A stretch of 64,000 nt of DNA from Candidatus Bathyarchaeota archaeon (GTDB lineage: Archaea > Thermoproteota > Bathyarchaeia > Bathyarchaeales > Bathycorpusculaceae), in NCBI GenBank assembly GCA_963826715.1, contig CAWGYA010000008.1, forward strand, positions 704,001 to 768,000, in the 5' to 3' direction. A program made the position numbers and the translations under genes. Positions 49,228-59,516 of the stretch are shown piece by piece (the stretch's first letter is position 1; each line of letters begins with the position of its first letter). The notes beneath the pieces were generated by a model. The model worked only from the letters and a program-made list of their open reading frames with translations, was not told the DNA's origin and searched no databases.

Positions 49228-49596
49228 TTAGGCGAATTTACTTGACTCTTCTTCTGCAATTTCCATGGCCTCTCGAATCAATTCGACTTCACGTACCGTT
49301 AATGGCTTATTTGTGGCCTTCAAAACCACTCGCTCCTGCCAACCACAATCAGGGCACTCGTAACTAGGCGGCAATATTCCCAAGTGTGACCACATATCCC
49401 CACTTTGACTCTTCGCTCTCCTGACTTTAGGGCTTTTGCATTTGGGGCAAACTTGAATTTCGAGGTGTTCACCCTGCTTTTCCAATGCTTCTGTGACTTT
49501 AATAGCATTCTGGATCGCTGTATCTTCCAGTGCAGGTTCGAGAACAAAGCATTTTGGTTTTCGCCGTTTTTTCTTTTGTACTTGTGTTTCAGGCAT
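49228..49596 (-). CDS. hypothetical Zn-ribbon protein
   Basis: CPKCKS...YECPDCGW. Confidence 0.65.
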   Translation of the reverse strand: MPETQVQKKKRRKPKCFVLEPALEDTAIQNAIKVTEALEKQGEHLEIQVCPKCKSPKVRRAKSQSGDMWSHLGILPPSYECPDCGWQERVVLKATNKPLTVREVELIREAMEIAEEESSKFA

Positions 49597-49670
49597 TTCC
49601 CCTCAAACCATAGGAAATTAATGCTTGCTTTAAGAAAAGTTTTCTGGTTATTTCAAGAATACCTGTGAAT

Positions 49671-49758
49671 TGGTGCGGAGGGTGGGATTTGAACCCACGA
49701 ACCCCTGCGGGATAGGAGCCTCAGTCCTACGCCTTTGGCCATGCTGGGCGACCTCCGC
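49671..49758 (-). tRNA. tRNA-Leu(GAG), intronless, CCA encoded
   Basis: Reverse complement GCGGAGG..TAGGA-CTGAGGC-TCCTA..long variable arm..GTTCAAATCCC..CCTCCGC-ACCA. Confidence 0.95.
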
Positions 49759-49861
49759 GAAACTGCATCAAATTGAGGCTTTGCGGAGATATAGAAACAT
49801 ATAGCCCATTTAAAGGCTTTACCGTGAAAACTGTACCGGAATTACCAAAACAAATCTCAAA

Positions 49862-50476
49862 TTAGGGTCTGCTGAGCAGAAAATAGCCGAATTCTGCAAA
49901 GAAATTGGGCAAAAACTTCACTGCACGATTACTTGATCTGAAAAATTCTTGTTCGATGGTTATGCATTTTTTTTGGCAATAATCCCGAAAGTCAGCTAAA
50001 CTGAGAAAATGTAGGTTCGGCGTGTTATACCACTCAAACGGTAAAGACTCTGTTACAGGTACCCTTCCTTTAAAGAAGATGCATGCTCGGGCAACATAGT
50101 GTGCAAAATTGGGAATACTAACGATCGCTTTTTTACCCACTCGCAGAGCCTCTGATAATGCAAAATCGGGCTTTTTAACTTGCTGAATTGTTTGATTTAA
50201 TATAACATAGTCAAATGTATTGTCAGAGTATTCTGAGAGGCCTGTGTCAATATCTTGCTGAAAAACGCTCAAGCCCTCGGTGACGCATCGGTGTATGGCT
50301 TGCTCATCTATTTCAATTCCTTGTGCATGTACCTTCCGCTCACGAGTTAGATACGCCAAAAGTTCGCCGTCGCCGCATCCTAAATCAAGCACTGAGGCAC
50401 CTTGAGTAATCCACTTGGCGAAAATTTGAAACTCAAAAATGTTCGGCACGTTATTTTTGCCCCTTTTCACTGCCAT
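49862..50476 (-). CDS. metW: methionine biosynthesis protein MetW
   Basis: [36 protein letters not shown]; downstream of metX. Confidence 0.93.
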   Translation of the reverse strand: MAVKRGKNNVPNIFEFQIFAKWITQGASVLDLGCGDGELLAYLTRERKVHAQGIEIDEQAIHRCVTEGLSVFQQDIDTGLSEYSDNTFDYVILNQTIQQVKKPDFALSEALRVGKKAIVSIPNFAHYVARACIFFKGRVPVTESLPFEWYNTPNLHFLSLADFRDYCQKKCITIEQEFFRSSNRAVKFLPNFFAEFGYFLLSRP

Positions 50477-51563
50477 TGTAGACGCCTTTGAGAAAACCTC
50501 TGATTAGATGCCCTTCCTGCTCTGTTTCTAACAGAAAAGAGTCGTGTCCGTATTTGGAGGTTATTTCACAGTAGCTTGCATCTACGTTAGCAAGCTTGCA
50601 GGCTTTTACGATTTCTTGCGATTGTGTCACAGGGTAGAGCCAATCCGACTTGAATGCAATCACCAGTACTTTTGCCTCCAAGTCACGGAAGATGTTTCCC
50701 AGGCTGTGGCCGTTTAAGAGGTTAAAGTAATCTATGGCTTTGGTTAGGTAGAGGTAGCTGTTAGCATCAAAGCGTCGAACAAAGCTATCCCCTTTGTTAT
50801 GCAAATAACCTTCCACTTCAAAGGCTGCACCAAACTTGAACGGCGTTTTATCTGCGCGGAATCTTCGCCCGAACTTTTCCCCCATAGAAATATCACTCAT
50901 GTAGGTTATGTGTCCAATCATCCGTGCTATCGCTAAGCCCTTGGCAGGTATTGTTTTGCCGTAATAGTTGCCGTTTAGCCAATCGGGATCTGCAATGATT
51001 GCTTGGCGCCCAACCTCGTTGAAGGCAATTTGTTGTGGCGTATGCTTGAGAGTAGTTGCGATTGGTATTGCTGATCTGATACGTTTGGGGTAGGCTCTCA
51101 TCCACTGGAGTGCTTGCATTCCACCCATTGACCCCCCGACGACAGCTAAAAGCTCCTCGATGCCTAAATAGTCGATTAGATATCGCTGAGTGTTAACCAT
51201 GTCACCGACCGTAACTATAGGAAAATCGACGCCGTAAGCCTCACCTGTTTTGGGGCTAATTGACGATGGTCCCGTGGAGCCACGACAGCCGCCTAAGACG
51301 TTGCTACAGATTACATAGTACTTGCTTGTATCTACGGCTTTGCCCTCACCAACCAGGTTGTTCCACCAACCCCCTTCATCACTTACATGGGAGTCGCCGC
51401 TGAGCGCATGCAAAATAAGGATTGCGTTGGATTTGTCCGAGTTGAGGGTGCCGTAGGTTTCATACGCAAGCGTAATAGGACCTATTTTTTCCCCTGATTC
51501 AAGCGTAAATTCGCTTGGTGTTGCCGCAAAAGTGAATGTTTTGGTTTGCTCGGTAGGGTTTAG
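50451..51563 (-). CDS. metX: homoserine O-acetyltransferase
   Basis: [53 protein letters not shown]; the frame is open to 51566 but has no canonical start upstream of the conserved N-terminus. Confidence 0.92.
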   Translation of the reverse strand, partial: LNPTEQTKTFTFAATPSEFTLESGEKIGPITLAYETYGTLNSDKSNAILILHALSGDSHVSDEGGWWNNLVGEGKAVDTSKYYVICSNVLGGCRGSTGPSSISPKTGEAYGVDFPIVTVGDMVNTQRYLIDYLGIEELLAVVGGSMGGMQALQWMRAYPKRIRSAIPIATTLKHTPQQIAFNEVGRQAIIADPDWLNGNYYGKTIPAKGLAIARMIGHITYMSDISMGEKFGRRFRADKTPFKFGAAFEVEGYLHNKGDSFVRRFDANSYLYLTKAIDYFNLLNGHSLGNIFRDLEAKVLVIAFKSDWLYPVTQSQEIVKACKLANVDASYCEITSKYGHDSFLLETEQEGHLIRGFLKGVYNGSEKGQK

Positions 51564-51587
51564 ATTTTATTCCTCCTAAAAAGGTTG

Positions 51588-52886
51588 TCAAAGCTCGGCT
51601 GAGGCTTTAAGTGCCTGGTCTAAGTCTTTAATGATGTCTTCGACGTCCTCAATACCTATTGATAGGCGGAGATAGTCTGCGGTAACGCCTGTAGTTGCTT
51701 GCTCCTCTACAGTTAACTGTTGATGTGTAGTGGAGGCGGGATGAATTATAAGACTTTTAGTGTCGCCGATGTTTGCCAAATGCGAAAATAACTTCACTGA
51801 TTGGATTACCCGCTTTCCTGCTTCCAATCCACCTTTGACGCCGAATCCCACGATGCCCCCGTATTTGCCTTCGAGATATTTCTCGGCGAGCTTATGGCTT
51901 GAGTGATTAGGCAGTCCGGGGTAGTTGACCCAGTTGACCAGAGGATTAGCCGAGAGGAACTCGGCGACTTTGAGAGCGTTCTCGCTGTGTTTGCGTTGCC
52001 TAAGAGGCAGAGTTTCCAATCCCTGTATGAATAAAAAGGCGTTAAAGGGACTCAGAGCTGGTCCAAGATCGCGAAGAAGTTGCACCCGAGCCTTGAAAGC
52101 AAAAGCGACGTTACCTAAGACTGGAAAGTTGCCGAATGCCTCCCAGTATCTAATACCGTGATAAGCGGGGTCTGGTTCGGTGAACTCTGGAAATTTACCA
52201 TTGTTCCAGCAGAATTTGCCGCCATCTATTATGATCCCCCCGATGCTTGTGCCGTGTCCGCAAATGTACTTGGTTGCTGAGAGAACAGTTATGTCTGCAC
52301 CGTACTCGATGGGTGCCACTAACCCTACGCCAACGGTGTTGTCAACAACAAATGGGACCCCAGCCTCATGGGCAATTGCGGCTATAGCTTGAAAATCAGG
52401 GACATCGAGTTTAGGGTTGCCTATGGTTTCGGCGTATACTGCCCGGGTTTTGTCTGTTATAGCTTTTTTGAATTCTTCAATTTTAGATGAATCTACGAAA
52501 ACCACCTTCCTGCCCAGTTTGGGAAAGGTATAGTGGAAAAGCTCGTAGGTGCCACCGTAAAGGTTGTTGGCGGAAACAATTTCGTCACCTACTCGCGTGG
52601 ATGTTAGAAGCGCCAACGTAATGGCTGCTTGACCCGACGCCACAGCTACCCCCGCGGAACCTCCTTCAATGGCTGCAACCCGCCTCTCAAAAACATCAAG
52701 GGTGGGATTGCCCAATCGTGTGTAAATATTGCCTAATTCTTTGAGTGCGAAGAGGTTTGCTGCGTGCTGAGGGCTTTTAAAAACGAAAGAGGATGTTTGG
52801 TAAATTGGGACAGCTCGAGCGCCTGTTGAGGGATCGGCTGTTTCTTGTCCCGCATGGACGGCGATGGTGTCTAATTTTTTTGGCAT
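51588..52886 (-). CDS. metY: O-acetylhomoserine/O-acetylserine sulfhydrylase
   Basis: [65 protein letters not shown]. Confidence 0.93.
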   Translation of the reverse strand: MPKKLDTIAVHAGQETADPSTGARAVPIYQTSSFVFKSPQHAANLFALKELGNIYTRLGNPTLDVFERRVAAIEGGSAGVAVASGQAAITLALLTSTRVGDEIVSANNLYGGTYELFHYTFPKLGRKVVFVDSSKIEEFKKAITDKTRAVYAETIGNPKLDVPDFQAIAAIAHEAGVPFVVDNTVGVGLVAPIEYGADITVLSATKYICGHGTSIGGIIIDGGKFCWNNGKFPEFTEPDPAYHGIRYWEAFGNFPVLGNVAFAFKARVQLLRDLGPALSPFNAFLFIQGLETLPLRQRKHSENALKVAEFLSANPLVNWVNYPGLPNHSSHKLAEKYLEGKYGGIVGFGVKGGLEAGKRVIQSVKLFSHLANIGDTKSLIIHPASTTHQQLTVEEQATTGVTADYLRLSIGIEDVEDIIKDLDQALKASAEL

Positions 52887-52918
52887 AGTTTAAAGCTCCT
52901 GTACTACAATGTCTATCG

Positions 52919-52931
52919 ATAACGGTGTTAT
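52919..52931. promoter_or_regulatory. palindromic operator candidate upstream of metY
   Basis: ATAAC-GGT-GTTAT perfect 5-bp arms, 33 nt upstream of the metY ATG. Confidence 0.6.
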
Positions 52932-52987
52932 ATCCATTTTTGCAAAAAATATTCCAAACAGAATAAAACAACGAAAAGATATGACCG

Positions 52988-53347
52988 TTAAATGTAGTAC
53001 TCAGGCTTAGGACTATTGACCTCAACACTTTTCCCACAGAAAGAAGAGCAAAGCCGACAAAAATCAACAGTAATCTCCTCCGCACTGATTTTCTCACTCG
53101 CCAGCCTCAGTGCAGTTTCATTCGCCAATGTCTGAATTTTCGGCAGAAACTCCTCCACCTGCTCCATCCCTTTAAGGGCACGTTTAGAACTAAGATACTG
53201 ACTGACGGCTGCTTGGGTAGTGCCTAGTTTCTTTGCAGCTTCCGTCTGGGAAAGATGATGTTTCTGAACTAACTCTTTGGCTATCATTGACCTGAAAACG
53301 GGGAGAACATATTTCCCTATTAATTCGCATTGGGGGTCCATTGGCAT
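52988..53347 (-). CDS. HTH transcriptional regulator (COG2522-like, Cys-containing)
   Basis: PQCE..VLPVFRSMIAKEL, QTEAAKKLGTTQAAVSQYL HTH, FCRLC; ATG at 53347 or 53341 more likely than 53365. Confidence 0.85.
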   Translation of the reverse strand: MPMDPQCELIGKYVLPVFRSMIAKELVQKHHLSQTEAAKKLGTTQAAVSQYLSSKRALKGMEQVEEFLPKIQTLANETALRLASEKISAEEITVDFCRLCSSFCGKSVEVNSPKPEYYI

Positions 53348-53355
53348 CGTTTGAT

Positions 53356-53368
53356 ATAACAGCATTAT
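53356..53368. promoter_or_regulatory. operator candidate just upstream of the HTH regulator (autoregulation)
   Basis: ATAAC-AGC-ATTAT, one mismatch to ATAAC-N3-GTTAT. Confidence 0.5.
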
Positions 53369-53479
53369 ACCTAATATTGCTTTTCCGAGTTCTATCTTTG
53401 GCTGAGTGAGGAAACTTTTTTGTTTTTTCAGCTTTTTATTCCAAAAATAATATTACTCTACATATCACATTCTAAACGT

Positions 53480-54034
53480 ATGTTCCCAACGCTCGAAGAT
53501 ATCGCTAAACGTCGCCGACTTCTCGGCCTAAAACAATCCGAACTCGCAAAAGCTGCAGGTGTAAGCCAATCTTTGATTGCCAAGCTTGAAGCAGGAACCA
53601 TTGACTCCTCCTATTCCAAAGTCAAAACCATCTTCGACGTGTTAGAGAGATTGGAATTCAAAACCAAAATCCAAGTCGAAAAACTTCTCCACCACGAAGT
53701 TATAAGCGTACAGAAAACCTCACCCATTTCAGAAGTTGTTAGTGTTATGAAAGAACATGGTATCTCACAGATGCCTGTTTTCGATGGCAAACAATCGGTT
53801 GGCAGCATTTCTGAGAAGGCGATTCTGCATCAGATTTTGGCTGGACAGGCTTTAGAGGAAATTTCGAGGCAACCGACTGAAAGAATCATGGAGGAGGCTT
53901 TTCCCCAGATTGATGAGGAGGCCCCGCTTTCGCTAATTTCTAGTTTGTTACAGACTTACCCGGCAGTTTTGGTTTCCAGAAAAGGCGAAATCATTGGCAT
54001 TATCACTAAAGCTGATTTGCTGCGGATGCTTTGA
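53480..54034 (+). CDS. XRE-type HTH plus tandem CBS-domain regulator (COG3620-like)
   Basis: LKQSELAKAAGVSQSLIAKLE HTH; ISQMPVFD..VGSISE and GIITKADLL CBS pair. Confidence 0.9.
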   Translation: MFPTLEDIAKRRRLLGLKQSELAKAAGVSQSLIAKLEAGTIDSSYSKVKTIFDVLERLEFKTKIQVEKLLHHEVISVQKTSPISEVVSVMKEHGISQMPVFDGKQSVGSISEKAILHQILAGQALEEISRQPTERIMEEAFPQIDEEAPLSLISSLLQTYPAVLVSRKGEIIGIITKADLLRML

Positions 54035-54160
54035 GGGCACTTTTTAAGTAGAGGTTTGACTTCTGGTTGATAGGATGCGCAGGCTTTGAGAGGTTAGGAG
54101 CTTTAGTTTCTAGCTTCTCATTGGTAAGTAAGAGGCTTTAAACTACGACACCCTTAAATT

Positions 54161-54173
54161 ATAACACTGTTAT
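54161..54173. promoter_or_regulatory. palindromic operator candidate upstream of cysK
   Basis: ATAACA-C-TGTTAT, about 18 nt downstream of the TATA-like TTTAAA (54137-54142), over the expected transcription start. Confidence 0.65.
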
Positions 54174-54190
54174 GAGAAGCGTGGATTAAA

Positions 54191-55114
54191 ATGAAAATAA
54201 ACAACAACGTGTTAGAAACCATTGGCAAATCACCACTCATACGCCTAAACAAACTAACCAAAGGGTTAGATGCCACCGTTATTGCCAAACAGGAATCTCG
54301 AAACCCAGGGGGAAGTGTCAAAGACCGAGTTTGCCTCAGCATGATAACTGAAGCAGAAAAACAGGGCATATTAAAACCCGGGGCAACACTTATCGAACCC
54401 ACCTCAGGCAACACAGGAATCGGCTTAGCAATGGTCGCCGCCGTTAAAGGTTACAAACTTATACTAACAATGCCCGAAACAATGAGTATTGAACGCCGGA
54501 CGCTCCTCAAAGCTTACGGCGCACAATTAATCCTAACACCCGGACCCGAAGGTATGGGCGGTGCTATCCAAAAAGCGGAAGAAATACACGCCAGAACAGC
54601 CAATAGCTATATGCCCCAGCAATTCAGAAACCTCGCTAACCCAAAAGTACACCGAGAAACAACTGGACCCGAAATTTGGGAAGGTACCGATGGTAAAGTT
54701 GACATTGTAGTGGCTGGTGTGGGCACAGGTGGAACCATAACCGGGGTAGCCCAATACATCAAACCGCTAAAGCCAGAGTTTAAGGCCGTGGCGGTAGAAC
54801 CAACAGGTTCGCCTGTGCTTAGTGGCGGCCAGAAAGGTCCTCACAAAATCCAAGGTATAGGCGCAGGCTTCAAACCAGATGTGCTGCAGATGAGCTTAGT
54901 TGATGAGGTTGTTAAGGTATCTGATGATGCTGCATTTGAAACGGCGAGACTGTTGGCGGAGAATGAAGGCTTGCTTGTGGGCATTTCGTCAGGCGCGGCA
55001 ACCTACGCAGCGATAGAAGTGGCTAAGCGACCTGAAAACAAAGGCAAACTAATTGTGGTTATCCTCCCCGATACAGGCGAACGTTATCTTAGCACACCAT
55101 TATTTCAGAAATAA
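54191..55114 (+). CDS. cysK: cysteine synthase A
   Basis: [55 protein letters not shown]. Confidence 0.96.
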   Translation: MKINNNVLETIGKSPLIRLNKLTKGLDATVIAKQESRNPGGSVKDRVCLSMITEAEKQGILKPGATLIEPTSGNTGIGLAMVAAVKGYKLILTMPETMSIERRTLLKAYGAQLILTPGPEGMGGAIQKAEEIHARTANSYMPQQFRNLANPKVHRETTGPEIWEGTDGKVDIVVAGVGTGGTITGVAQYIKPLKPEFKAVAVEPTGSPVLSGGQKGPHKIQGIGAGFKPDVLQMSLVDEVVKVSDDAAFETARLLAENEGLLVGISSGAATYAAIEVAKRPENKGKLIVVILPDTGERYLSTPLFQK

Positions 55115-55189
55115 TCTAAATTATCTTTTGGTCTTCAGGATACGCTCCTCTTATATTCCCCGCCTACAATATTGAGGGAAGATAGAAAC

Positions 55190-56257
55190 ATGAGTTCAAA
55201 CGCAAATCCGCCTAGCTCAAAAGACTGCAAAGAATGTAAAGAAAGACACTTGGAGGATGCAGACTGCTGGAACCCTGACCGAATGATAGACACCCTAATG
55301 CGCAACAACTCTGACGTTGAACAAGACTGGGTTATCAAAGGGCTGCCGAAGATAGTTGACGAAGTGATGGTTACTTATGAGAAATTCGGTGGTATGGACC
55401 ACCTGGAGGGACGCGATTTGCCTTCCAAAAAAGTTGTAATCGACGTGCTTGAAGACTTATTTATGATTCTTTTCCCTGGTTATTTGGGTGATTCAGAACT
55501 CACAAAAGCGAACATAAAATATCACTTAGGTACCAAATTAACCTCCGTCTATACCCGCCTCACCAATGAGGTTGAGAAAAGCCTCAAGTATATATGCAGA
55601 AAAATCAGCGAATGCCCCCAAGATATCTGCCAGAAACGGGCTCATGTTGTTGCACGTGAATTGCTTGAGAAGTTACCATCTATCCGCGCGGAACTAAGTG
55701 GTGACATCCAAGCTGCCTACAGTGGCGACCCTGCGGCTGTTAGCAACGAAGAAGTTATCTTAAGTTACCCCTGCGTAATGGCAATAACCACCTACCGCTT
55801 AGCCCATGAACTTTACCTGAACGGTGTGCCTATGATTCCAAGGATTATGAGCGAGCATGTGCATTCACTAACTGGCATCGATATTCATCCAGGTGCAAAA
55901 ATCGGCAAAAACTTCTTCATTGACCACGGTACAGGTGTCGTTATCGGTGAAACAGCTGAAATCGGAAACAACGTTAAACTCTACCAAGGCGTTACTTTAG
56001 GCGCGCTAAGTTTCCCCAAAGACGAGAAGGGAAATATAATCAAAGGACGTAAACGCCACCCAACAGTCGGCAACAATGTTGTCATCTACTCTGGTGCAAC
56101 ATTGCTGGGCGCAGAAACAGTTGTTGGCGACAACGTGATTATCGGCGGAAATGTTTGGTTGACGGGTCCTGTGGCTTCAGGAACAAAAATCACGATCGCA
56201 GCTCCTGAACAGAAATACAAGCTGGAGAACCATCAAATGAGCAAACCAAACGCTTAG
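55190..56257 (+). CDS. cysE: serine O-acetyltransferase
   Basis: GDPAA, YP, YRLAH, GIDIHPGAKIG..FIDHGTGVVIGET, YQGVTLG, KRHPT. Confidence 0.93.
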   Translation: MSSNANPPSSKDCKECKERHLEDADCWNPDRMIDTLMRNNSDVEQDWVIKGLPKIVDEVMVTYEKFGGMDHLEGRDLPSKKVVIDVLEDLFMILFPGYLGDSELTKANIKYHLGTKLTSVYTRLTNEVEKSLKYICRKISECPQDICQKRAHVVARELLEKLPSIRAELSGDIQAAYSGDPAAVSNEEVILSYPCVMAITTYRLAHELYLNGVPMIPRIMSEHVHSLTGIDIHPGAKIGKNFFIDHGTGVVIGETAEIGNNVKLYQGVTLGALSFPKDEKGNIIKGRKRHPTVGNNVVIYSGATLLGAETVVGDNVIIGGNVWLTGPVASGTKITIAAPEQKYKLENHQMSKPNA

Positions 56258-56554
56258 TCTTCACCTGTTGATTCTACAACTTTTCGGTTTATTTGAAAAT
56301 CGTGGATGCTGTGGTCTAACCTTCAACATGATTGTTTTAATAATCAAGTGAAAAATTACCGGTTTTATTTACGCCTACAAGGTGAAAGCTTTTTGGGTGA
56401 AGAGCTTTACTGAGGCTCTGGCAAATTATAGGAGAAAAGACAAATGCAAACTATGGCTATATGAACGATTGCCAGAACCTTCTCAGTGCAATCTTTTCAC
56501 CTATTCTTTTTGAATCAAACTAAAAAAGGGGAAAGATTTTTTTGATTGATGTTT

Positions 56555-59161
56555 TTATGGACGTTTCCTTAGAAGCAATAGAGCCAGAATTACACCGACT
56601 ATTGCTATAGTTGCTATGATACCTGCTACTGCTGGAATGAAGTATGCGTCAGTCATCGATTCTGTCGAAGCTTCAGTTGGTGCTGGCGTTGGTGATTCGT
56701 CAACAGCAAAAGCGGTTTCAGCGTGCGAAGGCCAATAACCTTCACTGCCTGCAAAGGTTGCCATAACGGTGTATTTTCCTGAAATATCTGGTTTCCAGTG
56801 GAAGCTGTATGCTCCATTTGCATCACTATTGGTTGTACCTATGTTTCTATAGTTGCCATTTGAGTCAATGACGTCGATTGATACTTCAACACCTGTTGCA
56901 TTAGTTGGTCTCAGTTTTTGCATGTATACGTACTCCATCCATGCTGCCATACTGTCCTCAGAGACACATGGAACACCATTTGGAAATCGCATAGCTTGTT
57001 CATGTTGACGTGTGCCGGCTGAAATATCCATGACAGTGCCTGTGATAACTAGGCTTTGATCAGTTGTAATAGCAGCTTTAGGGGCTTCAACCGTCATAGT
57101 GGTCGGTCCTTTTGCGACTGCATAAACTTGGTGGTCATAGTTGTTCCAGTAAATCAATGTACCATCAGCAACTGCAAATGTGTAGGGATGAGCCCAACCG
57201 TACATAGTCCAGACTTCTTCGCCTGTGGTAACGTTCAATGCACGAACTTTGTTTCCTTTGAATAGTGGCGTATCTGCAGAGTGCTCATGTGTACCAACAA
57301 AGATTTTTCCATCAGCGACAGTTCCCAGCATCAAAGTGAAGTATGGGAACACTGTTCTGCCCGTGTAATCTTCGTATCGCCATTGCAATTCACCCGTGGT
57401 TAGGTTATAGCAGTGTACTGCCCCAGTGTAGCCTCCAGTGAATAACTGACCGTTAGCGATAGCTGTTGATTCTGTGTGAATTAGGCTTGGGAAGCTGTAG
57501 TAGCCAAATGGGTTAAATTCTGCTTCAGGTGGATCGGTTTCCCAAAGTTTGTTGCCTGTCTTAGTATCGTATCCTATCCATTGTCGTTCAAAAAGTTTCA
57601 CAAAGACCGCTACTCCTTCGCCGACTCGTTCCATCATAATTTCCCCGCCGTCAGGGGGGCTTGGAATTGTATCGATGTTTTTCATGTACAGCAATTGACC
57701 TTCACTTCCAGGCTGTAGACTGCACGCCCAGATAGTGACGGGACTCGGATAGTCAAAGCGTGGACCGCCAGTTCCTATAGGGTGGCTGCCGTTTCTGCCA
57801 AACAGATATTCGCCAAGTACAACTTCTTGTACGCTTATGCTAGACATTCCTTCACTCCATGGAGTTGAAACGTTAAAGTTAAAGTCCGTGGGGTTATTTG
57901 CTGTTTGTATTCCACTTTCAGAGTCGTCAAAGACTTTGCTTGAGTTCCATTGATACATGTAGCCATTGCTGCCAACTTGGGTTCGGATATGTTCACCTTG
58001 TGGAGCGCGAACCTCAAAACCAGAGGGAACACCAGTCAAATTAAGTTGACCTACTGTTCCATAGCGTGGGTGAATTGATGTCGCGAAGTTATTTGAGAAT
58101 AGCCAGCCAGGAGTGACAACGCCGTGGTTATTCATATTATCTAAGTCATAGTAGTAGCCGAAAGCAGGTTCAATACTGTTGCCCACTAAGTTAGGATCTT
58201 CCCAGATTGTTTCACCTGTCTTTAAGTCGACGCAAATCCAACCGCCGTTACCGCCAGCCCATGTAACTGGGAGTTCGTAATAGAGTCTTCCCCACATGAT
58301 TATGGGGTTAGTGAAGCGGGTCTGATATTGGTGGCCAGCATTGAAAACTTCTCCGGGTACTGAGAAATCGTTACCTCCAACTAAACCGCCGTCTTCTGTA
58401 ATTTTTGTCCATAGGATGTGTGCGCTGTTAGGTGCGATGCCATCTCTTTGGAATTGGTTACCTGAACCGTAAAGGTCATTGTCGCCGGGACCGCTGAGAT
58501 AATTGCTAGCAATTTCGTACCATCCAGTGTTTGTTCCTTCAATCGGGCGTGCCCAGTATTCTGTCGGTAAAGGTTGATGTGTCCAGCCGGTTGGTAAGAC
58601 CTGCTCTTCTTGGACAACTAGGGTTTTTGTGTAAGAGGCGCTGTTATAAGTGACACCGTAATAATTGCGTTCAGTGCTTGTTCCATTCCATCTGTAGAGC
58701 AATTCAAGGAAATTCACTGTAATGGTATAATTTCCAATTTCTGACGGAGTGTATAGCGTGTATGCCGTGCCAGTGGAGTCAGATTCTATAGGTCCAATAG
58801 TCTTTTTTACACCATTGGGGTCAGTTACGTCAACTGTGTAATGATATCTGATGTCATTAGTAGCGGAGGCACCGTTAGGTTGCTGAGGCATAAACAACAC
58901 GAATGAAACTTGTTGTCCGACGCCGACTGGGTTAGGGGACATAACCATATACACTTGAGTGGGAATATGGTCTTGATACCGCTCCCAGAGCAAAAGTCTA
59001 AGGTTTGAGGCATCCTGAGCTAAATCATAATTCATGCCCGCATCGATAGCATCTTGAGTAGACTGGTTATATGCCGTAGTGAAAGGAATTGATGTGATGA
59101 TGCTCAATATTAGAAGCATAGATATCGTGGTAGCTATAGTTTTTGTTTTAGATATTTTCAA
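56555..59161 (-). CDS. large surface protein with PQQ-like beta-propeller repeats, Ig-like domains and C-terminal membrane anchor
   Basis: Signal peptide; repeats 'DLKTGETIW', 'DTKTGNKLW', 'NLTTGELQW', 'NVTTGEEVW'; P/T linker, TM helix, RKRP tail; TTG at 59161 preferred. Confidence 0.8.
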   Translation of the reverse strand: MKISKTKTIATTISMLLILSIITSIPFTTAYNQSTQDAIDAGMNYDLAQDASNLRLLLWERYQDHIPTQVYMVMSPNPVGVGQQVSFVLFMPQQPNGASATNDIRYHYTVDVTDPNGVKKTIGPIESDSTGTAYTLYTPSEIGNYTITVNFLELLYRWNGTSTERNYYGVTYNSASYTKTLVVQEEQVLPTGWTHQPLPTEYWARPIEGTNTGWYEIASNYLSGPGDNDLYGSGNQFQRDGIAPNSAHILWTKITEDGGLVGGNDFSVPGEVFNAGHQYQTRFTNPIIMWGRLYYELPVTWAGGNGGWICVDLKTGETIWEDPNLVGNSIEPAFGYYYDLDNMNNHGVVTPGWLFSNNFATSIHPRYGTVGQLNLTGVPSGFEVRAPQGEHIRTQVGSNGYMYQWNSSKVFDDSESGIQTANNPTDFNFNVSTPWSEGMSSISVQEVVLGEYLFGRNGSHPIGTGGPRFDYPSPVTIWACSLQPGSEGQLLYMKNIDTIPSPPDGGEIMMERVGEGVAVFVKLFERQWIGYDTKTGNKLWETDPPEAEFNPFGYYSFPSLIHTESTAIANGQLFTGGYTGAVHCYNLTTGELQWRYEDYTGRTVFPYFTLMLGTVADGKIFVGTHEHSADTPLFKGNKVRALNVTTGEEVWTMYGWAHPYTFAVADGTLIYWNNYDHQVYAVAKGPTTMTVEAPKAAITTDQSLVITGTVMDISAGTRQHEQAMRFPNGVPCVSEDSMAAWMEYVYMQKLRPTNATGVEVSIDVIDSNGNYRNIGTTNSDANGAYSFHWKPDISGKYTVMATFAGSEGYWPSHAETAFAVDESPTPAPTEASTESMTDAYFIPAVAGIIATIAIVGVILALLLLRKRP

Positions 59162-59516
59162 ATTTATCTCTCTTATTATTTTATTTTTTTGAACAATAAG
59201 GTCTATCTCATTGCTCAGCAAATACCACTTTTCTATGCTAGATGTATATATAATTTTGTAATATCCTATTAGCTTAATTTTTTAAATATTTTAATTTAAA
59301 AAGACTTATTATTATCGGCTCAAAAACATCTATATACTGTTTGAGTGTTCCTGAAATCTAATGATCTTTAAAAAAACGCATTTCTGACTAGACATACGTA
59401 TTTTTGCCCACTAATATTGGGAACGACTAACTCACCGAGTATTTTCAAATTAAAAAGAAAGTTGCTTTAGTGAGGTAGCGTTTTTGAAATGCTATTCGCA
59501 AAATTATTTTAGCTTC

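Noticed and set aside
49671-49758. tRNA-Leu as the integration site for the sulfur module or the 34-44 kb cluster
   Set aside because: I found no duplicate of the tRNA 3' end and no integrase; the sulfur genes lie on the 5' side
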